In this document: piece by piece, positions 9,132 to 18,821 of the stretch
Position numbering within the stretch: the stretch's first letter is position 1
How the letters are laid out: each line of letters starts with the position of its first letter
Source of the DNA: Bacteroidales bacterium
GTDB lineage: Bacteria; Bacteroidota; Bacteroidia; Bacteroidales; PXBB01
NCBI GenBank assembly: GCA_028698995.1
Contig: JAQVVM010000001.1
Coordinates: 39,200 to 103,199, forward strand
Direction: 5' to 3'
Length of the DNA stretch: 64,000 nucleotides
The notes under the pieces: model-generated
What the model was told of the DNA's origin: nothing
What the model saw: the letters and a program-made list of their open reading frames with translations, nothing else
Database searches by the model: none
Position numbers and translations under genes: made by a program

Positions 9132-11036
9132 ATGAAAAAACATAATAATCATAAAATAATCGAAAAAAAATCAAATCTTGCCGATTTTCAAATGGGTTAT
9201 ATTATCATTATTCTTGTCCTTGCTTCCTTTATTTATCTTAAAAGCTTAAATGGTGAATTTCTAAACTGGGATGATAATGATGTTGTTGTTTACAACGATG
9301 CGGTTAAAAATTTGAATTTTGAAAAAATAATTTTTTTCTTTACAAATATATATTCAAACGACTATCGTCCCATTACCTTTATAAGCTATGGTCTCATATA
9401 TTCAGTTTGGGGACTCAATCCTGTGCCTTTTCATTTTTTCTGTGTTCTTTTTCACTTAATTAATATTGTTTTAGTTTTTCTTCTTGTTAAAAAAATAAGT
9501 CATTCCAAAACTGTTCCTGTTCTTACGGCTCTAATTTTTGCTGTGCATCCGATGCTTGTAGAATCTGTTGCTTGGATATCTGCACTTAATGATGTTCTTT
9601 ATGCTTTTTTCCTTTTGAGTGCTCTATTGTTTTACATACAATATATAAATTCAAATCAAAACTTAAAATACCTTTTATTTTGTTTTCTCTTATTTTCCCT
9701 TTCAGCTTTTACTAAACCCTTAGGTATTGTAATTCCATTCCTTTTATTCCTTTTCGATTATTTTTTAAAAAGGAAATTTAGTCCGAAAGTTTTTTATGAA
9801 AAAATACCTTTTATTTCCCTTTCACTTGTTTTTATTTTGATAACTTTCGTAAGTCGGGAAAGTGAAGTTATTACTGCTCTTAAATCTTTTTCTCTTTTTG
9901 ATAGGTTCTTTTTTGTTTTTTATTCCTTGAGTTTTTATCTTACAAAATTCTTATTTCCTTTTGCTTTATCTTCATTGCATGATTTTCCTGTAAAAGAAAA
10001 TAATGTACTCCCACTTGTATATTACCTCAGCCCTTTGCTTATAGCAGCTTTGTTTTTTTTATTTTATAAAATGAAAAAACACAGAACTCTTTTGGTTTTT
10101 GGGTTTTTATTTTTTTTGATTAATATAGGTCTTGTTGTTCAAATTATACCCTTTGGAAAATTTATTGTCGCCGAAAGATATACTTATGTGCCTTATATAG
10201 GTTTGTCTTTTATTGCGTCTTCATTTTTCTGCATAATATTGCAAAAAATAAACAAAACTTATTACACCCCCATGCAGCTTTTAGGCGCATTGTTTTTGTT
10301 GTTTTTTATTATAAGTTCTTTCAATCGTGTTAAGGTATGGAACAATAGTTTTGCATTATGGGAGGATGTTTTAAAAAAGAATCCAATGGTTGCTATTGCA
10401 CACAACCAAATTGGACTGCTGCATTATTTTGATGGAGACTATAAAAATGCCATTGCCCATTTCGACACGGCTATCTCTTATGACAATGAATTTTACGTGG
10501 CTTTTAATAATAGGGGGAGCATTCACCTAAATTTGAATGAAAACGATAAAGCTCTAGAGGATTTTAATTCAGCTATCAGTATCAATCCTGAATATTCTGA
10601 TGCTTATTATAACATAGGTTATATCAATGGAGAAGAAGGCAAAACTGAAATAGCAATTGAATATTATAATCAAGCCATCAGTAATAATTCTGATAATTTT
10701 AATGCTTATTTTAACAGAGGCTTGGAGTATGTAAAGATTAATAAATATGAACAAGCTGTTGCTGATTTTTCTTCCTTTATTGATGCCCGTAAAAATGACC
10801 CTGATGCATTCTACAACAGAGCCATCGCTTACATGAATTTGAATCAATACAGTAAAGCTCTTATAGATTTCGATGCCGTTACCAGACTTCAACCTAATAA
10901 TTCAAATGCCTATTATAATAAAGGTATTATTAATTATTATTATGATAATTTGTCTGAAGCTTGTATTAATTTCAGAAAAGCAGGTTCTCTTGGGCACCCA
11001 GAGGCTGCTGGAAAAATCACGGAATTGTGTAATTAA
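9132..11036 (+). CDS. Polytopic membrane protein with C-terminal TPR repeats, GT-C superfamily-like (PMT_2/ArnT/TMTC-like glycosyltransferase candidate)
   Basis: I prefer the start at M30 of the listed ORF (MKKHNNHK, 9132), 20 nt after the GT2 stop. It has ~10 or more hydrophobic helices, LNGEFLNWDDNDVVVYN after TM1 (acidic DD loop), HPMLVESVAWI and AERYTYVPYIGLSF. About 7 TPR units follow (NNRG../AYYN.G patterns). Confidence 0.7.
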   Translation: MKKHNNHKIIEKKSNLADFQMGYIIIILVLASFIYLKSLNGEFLNWDDNDVVVYNDAVKNLNFEKIIFFFTNIYSNDYRPITFISYGLIYSVWGLNPVPFHFFCVLFHLINIVLVFLLVKKISHSKTVPVLTALIFAVHPMLVESVAWISALNDVLYAFFLLSALLFYIQYINSNQNLKYLLFCFLLFSLSAFTKPLGIVIPFLLFLFDYFLKRKFSPKVFYEKIPFISLSLVFILITFVSRESEVITALKSFSLFDRFFFVFYSLSFYLTKFLFPFALSSLHDFPVKENNVLPLVYYLSPLLIAALFFLFYKMKKHRTLLVFGFLFFLINIGLVVQIIPFGKFIVAERYTYVPYIGLSFIASSFFCIILQKINKTYYTPMQLLGALFLLFFIISSFNRVKVWNNSFALWEDVLKKNPMVAIAHNQIGLLHYFDGDYKNAIAHFDTAISYDNEFYVAFNNRGSIHLNLNENDKALEDFNSAISINPEYSDAYYNIGYINGEEGKTEIAIEYYNQAISNNSDNFNAYFNRGLEYVKINKYEQAVADFSSFIDARKNDPDAFYNRAIAYMNLNQYSKALIDFDAVTRLQPNNSNAYYNKGIINYYYDNLSEACINFRKAGSLGHPEAAGKITELCN

Positions 11037-11108
11037 ATTTTCAAAATCTATTTTTATTTTGTAACTTTATACAATAATTTGTTGTAGAATGATAATTTAC
11101 TCAACTAA

Positions 11109-14100
11109 ATGAAAAACCTTCTTTTTTCGATACTTTTATTTGTAATTATTTTCAATGTTTCTTCACAGACTTTGCAAAATGGAAACTTTGAACAATGGTA
11201 CATTAAAACACACTACACATATCCTGATGACTGGAATATTACAGGAATTGTTGAGGTCATAAATCAAACTGTTTTTAAAGACCTTGATGCCTATGTTGGT
11301 AATTATGCTCTAAAATTAAAGACGTTTAGTGAAAGTAGTTATGGATTCGCAACGCTTGGAGATGTAGAAATTGATGCTCAAAATAATTACTCTTTTAAAG
11401 GTGCACCTTGTACTATTAATGGTGATACACTTCACTTATGGTATAAATCCAATATTGGTGTTGGGGATGCCTCCCTAATTCTTGTCAGACTGACAAAAAA
11501 CGGAAACCTTGTTCATGAAGAACAACGTCTTTTAACCGGGTCAAATGCTTCTTGGACTCACCTGAAATTGGCAGTTAATCCATTGCTATTACAAATTGAT
11601 TCTCTTTTTGTAGGATTGACAAGTAGCTTCCCTTTTGGTCAACCCTTTGTTCCTTCTTCCGACTCATGGATTATTTTTGATAATATTTATTTTACTCAAG
11701 GTACAAATCCTACGCCCCTAAATATCACAAATTATAGCTTCGAAAATTGGAGCTTTGCTCAGAGTGAAGAACCAGCTGATTGGCTATCAAGTAATGCTGA
11801 ACTGATAAGCTTTCAAATGTTAAATGTGTATAAAACCTTCGATGCATACAGTGGAACAACTGCTCTTAGAATGACAAATGCGCCTTTAAACGGTGACACT
11901 GTAAGTGGGTTTTTATCTAATAGCACTCTTAATATTAGTTCAGGTGGTGTACCATTTGCATTTAAACCGGATTTTATTTTTGGAGCATACAAATACCTTC
12001 CTTTTAATAACGATACCGCACATTTAGATGTTAGTTTTTTTAAAAACGGCTCATGGATTGGAGGAGAATTTATTACAATTTATGATTCTTCTAATGTTTA
12101 TCAAACTTTTCAAAAGCCTTTCTCTTTATTTGAGTTCCCAGATACAATGAGAATTGAGATTTCTTCTGGGAAAAACCCCAACTCTGTGCTTTTTATTGAC
12201 AATATTGATTTTTCATGCAATAGACCTATTAATATACTAATTTCCGGGATAACAAACAATAGTGCTTCATTTACATGGGAAGAAACCGGTACAGCATCTC
12301 TATGGGAAGTTGAATATGGAGTCAGACCTTTAACTTTGGGAACCGGCACTGTCTTGCAAGCCACTTCAAACCACCTCACTATAAACAATTTTAATGCAAA
12401 TACAACCTACGATTTCTATGTCAGGGCCTTATGCGACTCGGTTAAAATTAGTAACTGGTCTGATGCTTCGGCATTTACAACACTTTGCAATCCTGTCAGT
12501 GTACCTGTTTCTGAGAATTTTGAAAACCTGAATCAATTCTCAATGCCCGAATGCTGGCAAAAAATCCAATTAGGTTCTGCTCAGATTTCGGCAGGTGGTT
12601 TTAATAATTTTACATCTGCCTCAAATAGCCTTAAGGTTAGTTTAAATCCGAATGACACTGCATTAATAATAGCCCCTTATGTAACTGAAAATATAAATTT
12701 ACTACAAGTGTCTTTTCAGGCAAAAAAAGTAAACCAGCAAAATCAGGCTGTTTTAAAAATCGGTGCAATGAGTAATGTTCTGGATGCTGGTTCATTTGAA
12801 ATTCTCGCTGTTTTCAATCTTACCAATGACTTTAATAACTATAATTTTTTCTTAAATAATTATTCAGGTAGTGCTCATAATTTAGCATTCATGATTACTT
12901 CAAATGATCTTAATGAAGTATATCTTGATGACATTGAAGTTAATTACCTCCCTTCTTGTATGCCCCCGGTTGGTGTTAATGCAATTAATATAACCAACAA
13001 TTCTGCCTTTATTTACTGGGCCCCTGGTGGAAATGAGCTCTTGTGGGATGTGAAATATGGTTTGTCTGGATTTGATCTTTTAACCGAGGGACAAAGTTTG
13101 AATGGATTAACGGTAAGCAACACAACGATTGGTGGCTTGTTGCCGGGAACTCCCTACGACTTTTATGTTCGTGCAAACTGTAGCGGTTTGAATTTCAGCT
13201 CATGGGTTAAAATTAATTTTGAAACCCTTTGTTTGCCATTTGATGTTCCTTTTGTTCAGAATTTTGACAATACCCTCTCCGGTAGCATTCCCAATTGTTG
13301 GTCTGTTTATTCTGGACCAAATTCTCAAGTCGGTGTTATTGACTGGGGTATTTCAACAAGTGGACTTCAATGTTTAAATATTAACACAGGTACTGCTGAC
13401 AGTGCATTTATTATCCTCCCTGAAATTAACTCTGATATTGACACCTTGATGCTATCTTTTAATGCAAGGAAAGATATTTCTACAAACGCAGCCACCATTG
13501 AAATCGGAATCATTAGTAATTCTTTAAATGTTAACACTTATGTGGCTCTTTCTCAGTTTAATCTAAGCGACTCTTTCATGCCTTTTGTTTACCTGTTTAA
13601 TGATTATCAAGGTACGGATGGATATATTGCGCTACGCCTGGTTTCTTCCTCAACGGCGGTCGTTTATATTGACGATGTTGAGATTAACTTCCTCCCTTTT
13701 TGCATGCCACCCAAAAACATTGCGGTCAGCAATCTGGCAGATACTTCTGTTCAGATAATGTGGAGCCCCGGAGGGAGTGAGCTTTTATGGGATATTAAAT
13801 ACGGCTTATCAGGGTTTAATCCGATTACAGAAGGGCAGTTTCAAAGTGGTTTAACTCAGAATTTTGTTTCTATTAATGGCTTATTACCCGGTAATTCTTA
13901 CGACTTTTATGTCAGGGCAAATTGTGGAGGCAATGACTCTAGTATGTGGACAGGAATAAGTTTCCAAACTTTATGCTTAACTTTTCCTTTACCCCTGATT
14001 CAGAATTTTGAAAATACACCGATTTATAACCTCCCTGATTGTTGGAATAAATATACCAGTGGTTTTGCCCAGGTAAATGTAGTTAACTGGGGCATTTCTA

Positions 14101-17100
14101 CGAGTGGATCGCATAGCTTAAACCTTAATTCCGGCAATGCTGACAGTACATTTATAATACTTCCCCAAACAGCATTTGATATTGACACATTAATGCTCTC
14201 CTTTAATGCCAGAAAAGATTTTTTTACAAATAGTGCAAGCCTTGAAATTGGAACCATAAGCAATACTTTAGACATCAACACTTATTCCTCCCTTTCACAA
14301 ATTATTTTAAATGATTCTTTCTTACCTTTTGTTTATCTCTTTAATAATTATCAGGGCACTGGGGAACGTATAATTTTACGGCTTGTTGCGCCATCATCAG
14401 CTGTCGTTTTTATTGATGATGTGGAAATTAACTTTCTCCCTTCATGTATGCCACCTTACAATATTGTTGTTGGGAATCTTTCAGATACATCTGCTCACTT
14501 ATCTTGGAATTCTGGTGGAAATGAAACTTTATGGGATATTATGTATGGCTTTTCAGGGTTTGATCCCCTTACAGAAGGACAGACTATTTGGGGGATAACA
14601 CAAAATGATACGACCATTAGTGACTTAACACCAGGTAAACTTTATGACTTTTATTTGCGCGCTGACTGTGGAAATTCTGATACCAGCATGTGGACAAAAA
14701 TAAGCTTTGAAACCTTGTGCTTGCCATTTGATATTCCCTTATTTGAAAGTTTTGAAAGCGTTTTTTTAGAAACTCTGCCCAATTGCTGGCAAATTTTTAC
14801 AAGTGGGGGTGCCCAAATTTTTGTTTCCGACTTTGGCGTTTCTACAAGCGGTATTATGAGTCTGAATGTCAGTGCTGAAATCGGTGACAGTGCTTTAATT
14901 GTTTTACCCGAAGCTTCGGCCGATTTAGATACATTAATTTTTACTTTTAATGCAAAAAAAGAAAACTGGACTGGTCTCACTTCTATTGAAATTGGTACTG
15001 TCAGCAATACCTTGGACATCTCTAATTACGCACCTTTATCTCAGTTTAACATCAGTAATTCCTTTAAATCATTTACTTTCGCATTTAATAATTATCAGGG
15101 AACCGATAAATATATTGTGCTTAGAATTTTATCCCAAACTTCCTCTTCCGTATTCATTGATGATATTAGTATTAACTACCTGCCTTTATGTAAACCTCCC
15201 TACAATATTAATTTCAGTACCATCTCCGACTCTTCTGTAAATGTGTCTTGGACTCCCGGTGGAAACGAACTGATGTGGGATGTTAAATATGGAATTACCG
15301 GGTTTAATCCTGCAAACGAAGGCCAGGAAATTTTAGGTTTAAACCAGAGCAATATTATAATTAATGGTTTGAACTCTGGTACATTATATGATTTTTATGT
15401 GCGGGCAAGATGTGGAGCATCTGATTCAAGTATATGGATGACTGCTGATTTTCAAACAACTTGCACAAATGTTCTTTTACCACTTTCAGAAAACTTTGAC
15501 AACACAGCTTTGAATTCTTTACCAATCTGCTGGAATTCTGATATAACCGGAAACAGCATAGCTGGAACTGTTAATTGGGCTCAACCATTTTCAGGAGATA
15601 ATTGTTTGCGGATATTAAATTATGAAGGGCAATTTGTAAAAATTATTTCTCCTGAATTTGCTCAAACTGTTGATACAATTTATGTGGGATTTCATGCACG
15701 TAAAAATCCGAATCTGGGCGATGTTCAATTAATTGTTGGTACAATGCTAAATCAGACTGATAGCCAGTCCTTCATGCCGGTTTCTACTTTTAATTTGTCA
15801 GATCAATATAACAACTATAACACATTCTTTCTGAACCTTACAAATCAACACCACTGTGTTGTTTTTACCTTAAATTTACTTGGTCAGGATGCAGAGGTAT
15901 TTATAGATGATATAAGTTTTGATTATGTGTCCGAATGTAACGCTCCTATTAATGTAGATTTTAATTTTATTAATGAGAACAGTACCTCTTTTTCTTGGCA
16001 AAGTGTTGGCCCTGATACTTTATGGAATCTTAAATATGGACCCAGAGGATTTGATGTTCAAAATGAGGGCACCTTTATTCAAGGCCTGAATTTAGAACAA
16101 TACTCAATTTCAGGATTACAGACTGCAACATCATACGATCTTTACTTACAGGCTGATTGCGGTAGTGGAATGCTTAGTGATTGGCGAGGACCTTACCCCT
16201 TTGATACGAGGTTGACCTCTACTCTGGATTTTGTTAATCACCTTATCTGTCCCGGCGATTCAAATGGTATTGCTCATGTAAGTGTTAGTGGAGGATCTCC
16301 TCCTTATTCCTATCATTGGCTCACTACCCCTCCTCAGTTTGGAGACACTGCTTTTGGATTATCAGGAGGCCCAAATATTGTTAAGGCTCAGGATGCGAAC
16401 GGTTTTTATGTCATTGATACTATTATTATTTCTGAACCACAGTATTTTAATATTGAAAAAATTATTGACAATGTTGTCTGTTATAATCAAAGCAATGGGT
16501 CTGTCGCAGTAAATATTACTGGAGGGACCTCTCCTTACAGCTATTTATGGTCAAATGGAAGCACAAATTCTCAAATTTCCGGTTTATCTTCAAATAATTA
16601 CTACCTTACTATTACTGATGCCTATTCATGTAAAACCTTTGACACTATTACTATTTCTCAGCCTGATGAAATGATTGTTACACCTGCTATTTACAACAAT
16701 ATATCTTGCAGAGGTTATCATAATGGTAAAATTGCTGTTGGTGTTACAGGAGGCACACAACCTTATAGCTATATTTGGAATACAAATCCTGTCGTTTATG
16801 ACTCTGTTGTAACCAATTTAGGTGTTGGGTTTTATAAGGTAACTGTAACTGATGCCAATAATTGCATTAAAGTTAGAACCTATAGTATTACTCAGCCTGG
16901 TCAAGCTTTAAATGCTTCCATTATTGTGAATAACGCATTGTGCGCTAACGATAGCACTGGGTCGATTGTTTCAAGTGCAGTAGGAGGGACACCGCCTTAT
17001 TCTTATTTGTGGAGCAACGGGGCAACAACTCCTGGTATTTTAAACATTAATGGTGGTAATTATATGCTTACCATTACCGATTACAATGGCTGTCTTTTTG

Positions 17101-18794
17101 TTGATACTGCAAATGTAAAACAGCCCGAAATTTCATTTTCAAAAACAGATGTTTTGTGCAATGGTTTAAATACAGGGAATATTACTCTTAAATTAGAAAA
17201 TTTTATTCATGGATTTAATATTCTTTGGACAAACAATATTGATAGTGTGTCGTCTAGCTCCTTCTTTGGGGGTGCATATTTCCAGTATGTTAACTTTTTA
17301 TCTGCCGGAACATATTTTGTAGAAGTCAGCGACTCAATGGGATGTACTGTCAGTGGTTCTGTTACAATAAATCAACCCCAGCCAATGTCTGTTACTGTTT
17401 CTAAAACAGACCTTTTATGCTTTGGGAATAGCAATGCTTCTATTTCGTTATCTCCACAGATTTTATACCCACCTTATACCTATTTGTGGAACAACGGTGC
17501 AACAACTAACTCTGTTAATAATCTCTCTTCGGGAACATACTTTTTTACTGTTACTGATGGTCTGCTTTGCAAGTTTACTGACAGCGTCAATATCATTTCT
17601 CCTCCACAACTATCTTTTGCTGAAAGTATTACTGATAATCTTTGTAAGGGTGACTCCGCGGGAAGCATCAATCTCAATACTTCAGGGGGAACACCTCCCT
17701 ACTTTTTCTTATGGAGTAACGCTGGAGATAGCGCTGTTGCTACAAATCTCGTAGCCGGAAATTATAGCGTTACTGTTACCGACAGCAACTTTTGCTCTTA
17801 TTCCGATGCTTTTACTATAAATGAACCCGATTCCTTTTTTACTCTGACATCTGAAGTTATTGATAATCTTTGTTACGGGGACACTTTTGGTTCAATTAAC
17901 GTTATCCCTGATGGTGGAGTGGCGCCATATAGCTATTTGTGGAACAACGGGCAAACTTCTAATCAGGTGTATAATTTGTCTGCTGGCGACTATATAATTA
18001 CCATCACTGATTATATAGGTTGTAAAAAAATTGATACGGTAACTGTGTTGCAACCCTTAGTTCCTTTTGAAATTCACTTTCAGACAACATCCTATATCTG
18101 TGAAGGCGATACTTCGGGAGGAGCTTTGGCTGCATATACTTCAGGAGGAACCCCCCCGTTTTATTTTATCTGGAGCAACAACCAGAATACAACAGAAATT
18201 ATTAACTTGTCTCTTGGAACTTACACCCTTACTGTTGTAGATGGTTTTGGATGTCTTTCAATTGATTCTTTTATTGTTCAACCTTTAATTATTAATATTG
18301 ACAGCATATATGGAAGCAGTAATGTTGATGAGGACAGTGTGGAAATTTATTATATCGGCGACAATCCTGACCAACTCAATTTCAACTGGTCTGTCATAAA
18401 TGGTACTATTATCAACGGAAATGGACAGAATACAGATACTGTTCTTGTCCTTTGGGATAATTCCGGATCCGGCCTTATTAATATCATTGCAACTGATACC
18501 AATGGATGCTCTGCTGAAAAAAGTATAATTATTAATATTATTCCTTCTTCAAAAATCTTTTATATTGAAGATATTGGATTTGTCCACATTTACCCCAATC
18601 CATTCCAAGATGTTCTTAATGTTGATTTTGAAAGAACTCCGGATTTGAAACTGATTAAGCTCTATGATGCTAATGCAAGGTTTGTTTCAGCATATGAAGT
18701 CAATACATCTAATAGTTATTATATGGTTAATATCAAAAAGGGAGTTTTCTTTCTTAAAATAGGACAATCCATGTTCCCCCTTATTAAAAATTAG
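11109..18794 (+). CDS. 2,561-aa T9SS-secreted multidomain adhesin (FN3 plus MAM-like modules, SprB-type repeats, Por C-terminal sorting domain)
   Basis: Uninterrupted 7.7-kb ORF in AT-rich DNA. It has the signal peptide MKNLLFSILLFVIIFNVSSQ, a modular repeat architecture (see the sub-features) and a C-terminal YPNPF-type sorting domain. Confidence 0.9.
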   Translation: MKNLLFSILLFVIIFNVSSQTLQNGNFEQWYIKTHYTYPDDWNITGIVEVINQTVFKDLDAYVGNYALKLKTFSESSYGFATLGDVEIDAQNNYSFKGAPCTINGDTLHLWYKSNIGVGDASLILVRLTKNGNLVHEEQRLLTGSNASWTHLKLAVNPLLLQIDSLFVGLTSSFPFGQPFVPSSDSWIIFDNIYFTQGTNPTPLNITNYSFENWSFAQSEEPADWLSSNAELISFQMLNVYKTFDAYSGTTALRMTNAPLNGDTVSGFLSNSTLNISSGGVPFAFKPDFIFGAYKYLPFNNDTAHLDVSFFKNGSWIGGEFITIYDSSNVYQTFQKPFSLFEFPDTMRIEISSGKNPNSVLFIDNIDFSCNRPINILISGITNNSASFTWEETGTASLWEVEYGVRPLTLGTGTVLQATSNHLTINNFNANTTYDFYVRALCDSVKISNWSDASAFTTLCNPVSVPVSENFENLNQFSMPECWQKIQLGSAQISAGGFNNFTSASNSLKVSLNPNDTALIIAPYVTENINLLQVSFQAKKVNQQNQAVLKIGAMSNVLDAGSFEILAVFNLTNDFNNYNFFLNNYSGSAHNLAFMITSNDLNEVYLDDIEVNYLPSCMPPVGVNAINITNNSAFIYWAPGGNELLWDVKYGLSGFDLLTEGQSLNGLTVSNTTIGGLLPGTPYDFYVRANCSGLNFSSWVKINFETLCLPFDVPFVQNFDNTLSGSIPNCWSVYSGPNSQVGVIDWGISTSGLQCLNINTGTADSAFIILPEINSDIDTLMLSFNARKDISTNAATIEIGIISNSLNVNTYVALSQFNLSDSFMPFVYLFNDYQGTDGYIALRLVSSSTAVVYIDDVEINFLPFCMPPKNIAVSNLADTSVQIMWSPGGSELLWDIKYGLSGFNPITEGQFQSGLTQNFVSINGLLPGNSYDFYVRANCGGNDSSMWTGISFQTLCLTFPLPLIQNFENTPIYNLPDCWNKYTSGFAQVNVVNWGISTSGSHSLNLNSGNADSTFIILPQTAFDIDTLMLSFNARKDFFTNSASLEIGTISNTLDINTYSSLSQIILNDSFLPFVYLFNNYQGTGERIILRLVAPSSAVVFIDDVEINFLPSCMPPYNIVVGNLSDTSAHLSWNSGGNETLWDIMYGFSGFDPLTEGQTIWGITQNDTTISDLTPGKLYDFYLRADCGNSDTSMWTKISFETLCLPFDIPLFESFESVFLETLPNCWQIFTSGGAQIFVSDFGVSTSGIMSLNVSAEIGDSALIVLPEASADLDTLIFTFNAKKENWTGLTSIEIGTVSNTLDISNYAPLSQFNISNSFKSFTFAFNNYQGTDKYIVLRILSQTSSSVFIDDISINYLPLCKPPYNINFSTISDSSVNVSWTPGGNELMWDVKYGITGFNPANEGQEILGLNQSNIIINGLNSGTLYDFYVRARCGASDSSIWMTADFQTTCTNVLLPLSENFDNTALNSLPICWNSDITGNSIAGTVNWAQPFSGDNCLRILNYEGQFVKIISPEFAQTVDTIYVGFHARKNPNLGDVQLIVGTMLNQTDSQSFMPVSTFNLSDQYNNYNTFFLNLTNQHHCVVFTLNLLGQDAEVFIDDISFDYVSECNAPINVDFNFINENSTSFSWQSVGPDTLWNLKYGPRGFDVQNEGTFIQGLNLEQYSISGLQTATSYDLYLQADCGSGMLSDWRGPYPFDTRLTSTLDFVNHLICPGDSNGIAHVSVSGGSPPYSYHWLTTPPQFGDTAFGLSGGPNIVKAQDANGFYVIDTIIISEPQYFNIEKIIDNVVCYNQSNGSVAVNITGGTSPYSYLWSNGSTNSQISGLSSNNYYLTITDAYSCKTFDTITISQPDEMIVTPAIYNNISCRGYHNGKIAVGVTGGTQPYSYIWNTNPVVYDSVVTNLGVGFYKVTVTDANNCIKVRTYSITQPGQALNASIIVNNALCANDSTGSIVSSAVGGTPPYSYLWSNGATTPGILNINGGNYMLTITDYNGCLFVDTANVKQPEISFSKTDVLCNGLNTGNITLKLENFIHGFNILWTNNIDSVSSSSFFGGAYFQYVNFLSAGTYFVEVSDSMGCTVSGSVTINQPQPMSVTVSKTDLLCFGNSNASISLSPQILYPPYTYLWNNGATTNSVNNLSSGTYFFTVTDGLLCKFTDSVNIISPPQLSFAESITDNLCKGDSAGSINLNTSGGTPPYFFLWSNAGDSAVATNLVAGNYSVTVTDSNFCSYSDAFTINEPDSFFTLTSEVIDNLCYGDTFGSINVIPDGGVAPYSYLWNNGQTSNQVYNLSAGDYIITITDYIGCKKIDTVTVLQPLVPFEIHFQTTSYICEGDTSGGALAAYTSGGTPPFYFIWSNNQNTTEIINLSLGTYTLTVVDGFGCLSIDSFIVQPLIINIDSIYGSSNVDEDSVEIYYIGDNPDQLNFNWSVINGTIINGNGQNTDTVLVLWDNSGSGLINIIATDTNGCSAEKSIIINIIPSSKIFYIEDIGFVHIYPNPFQDVLNVDFERTPDLKLIKLYDANARFVSAYEVNTSNSYYMVNIKKGVFFLKIGQSMFPLIKN
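12216..16215 (+). repeat. Tandem coding modules of 741-747 nt (~248 aa): FN3 plus MAM/'choice-of-anchor J'-like beta-sandwich. Five full modules plus a sixth FN3.
   Basis: The module-initial Cys codons are at 12216, 12957, 13701, 14445, 15189 and 15936. Each FN3 reads C.PP.N......S....W.PGGNE.LWD.KYG..GF......YDFYVRA.C. Each second domain ends V(Y/F)IDD(I/V)E(I/V)N(Y/F)LP.C. Confidence 0.8.
16215..18285 (+). repeat. Nine SprB-type repeats (~77 aa each)
   Basis: The recurrent pattern is (D/N)..C.G...G.I.......GG(T/S)(P/Q)PYSY.WSNG.T......L..G.Y..T(I/V)TD...C, for example GGTPPYSYLWSNGATT. This is characteristic of the SprB repeat of Bacteroidota gliding adhesins. Confidence 0.75.
18582..18791 (+). 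other. T9SS type-A C-terminal sorting domain (Por_Secre_tail-like)
   Basis: VHIYPNPFQDVLNVDF...IKLYDANARFVSAY...GVFFLKIG...LIKN at the extreme C-terminus. Confidence 0.8.
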
Positions 18795-18821
18795 CCCTCA
18801 TGTGAATTAGATAGTATCAAT

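Noticed and set aside
12110-17754. Listed ORFs inside the 2,561-aa gene (for example 12110..12388-, 14024..14281-, 14651..15019-, 14950..15240+, 17422..17754+)
   Set aside because: They are embedded in a continuous, domain-rich frame, and none has independent start, signal or domain evidence.
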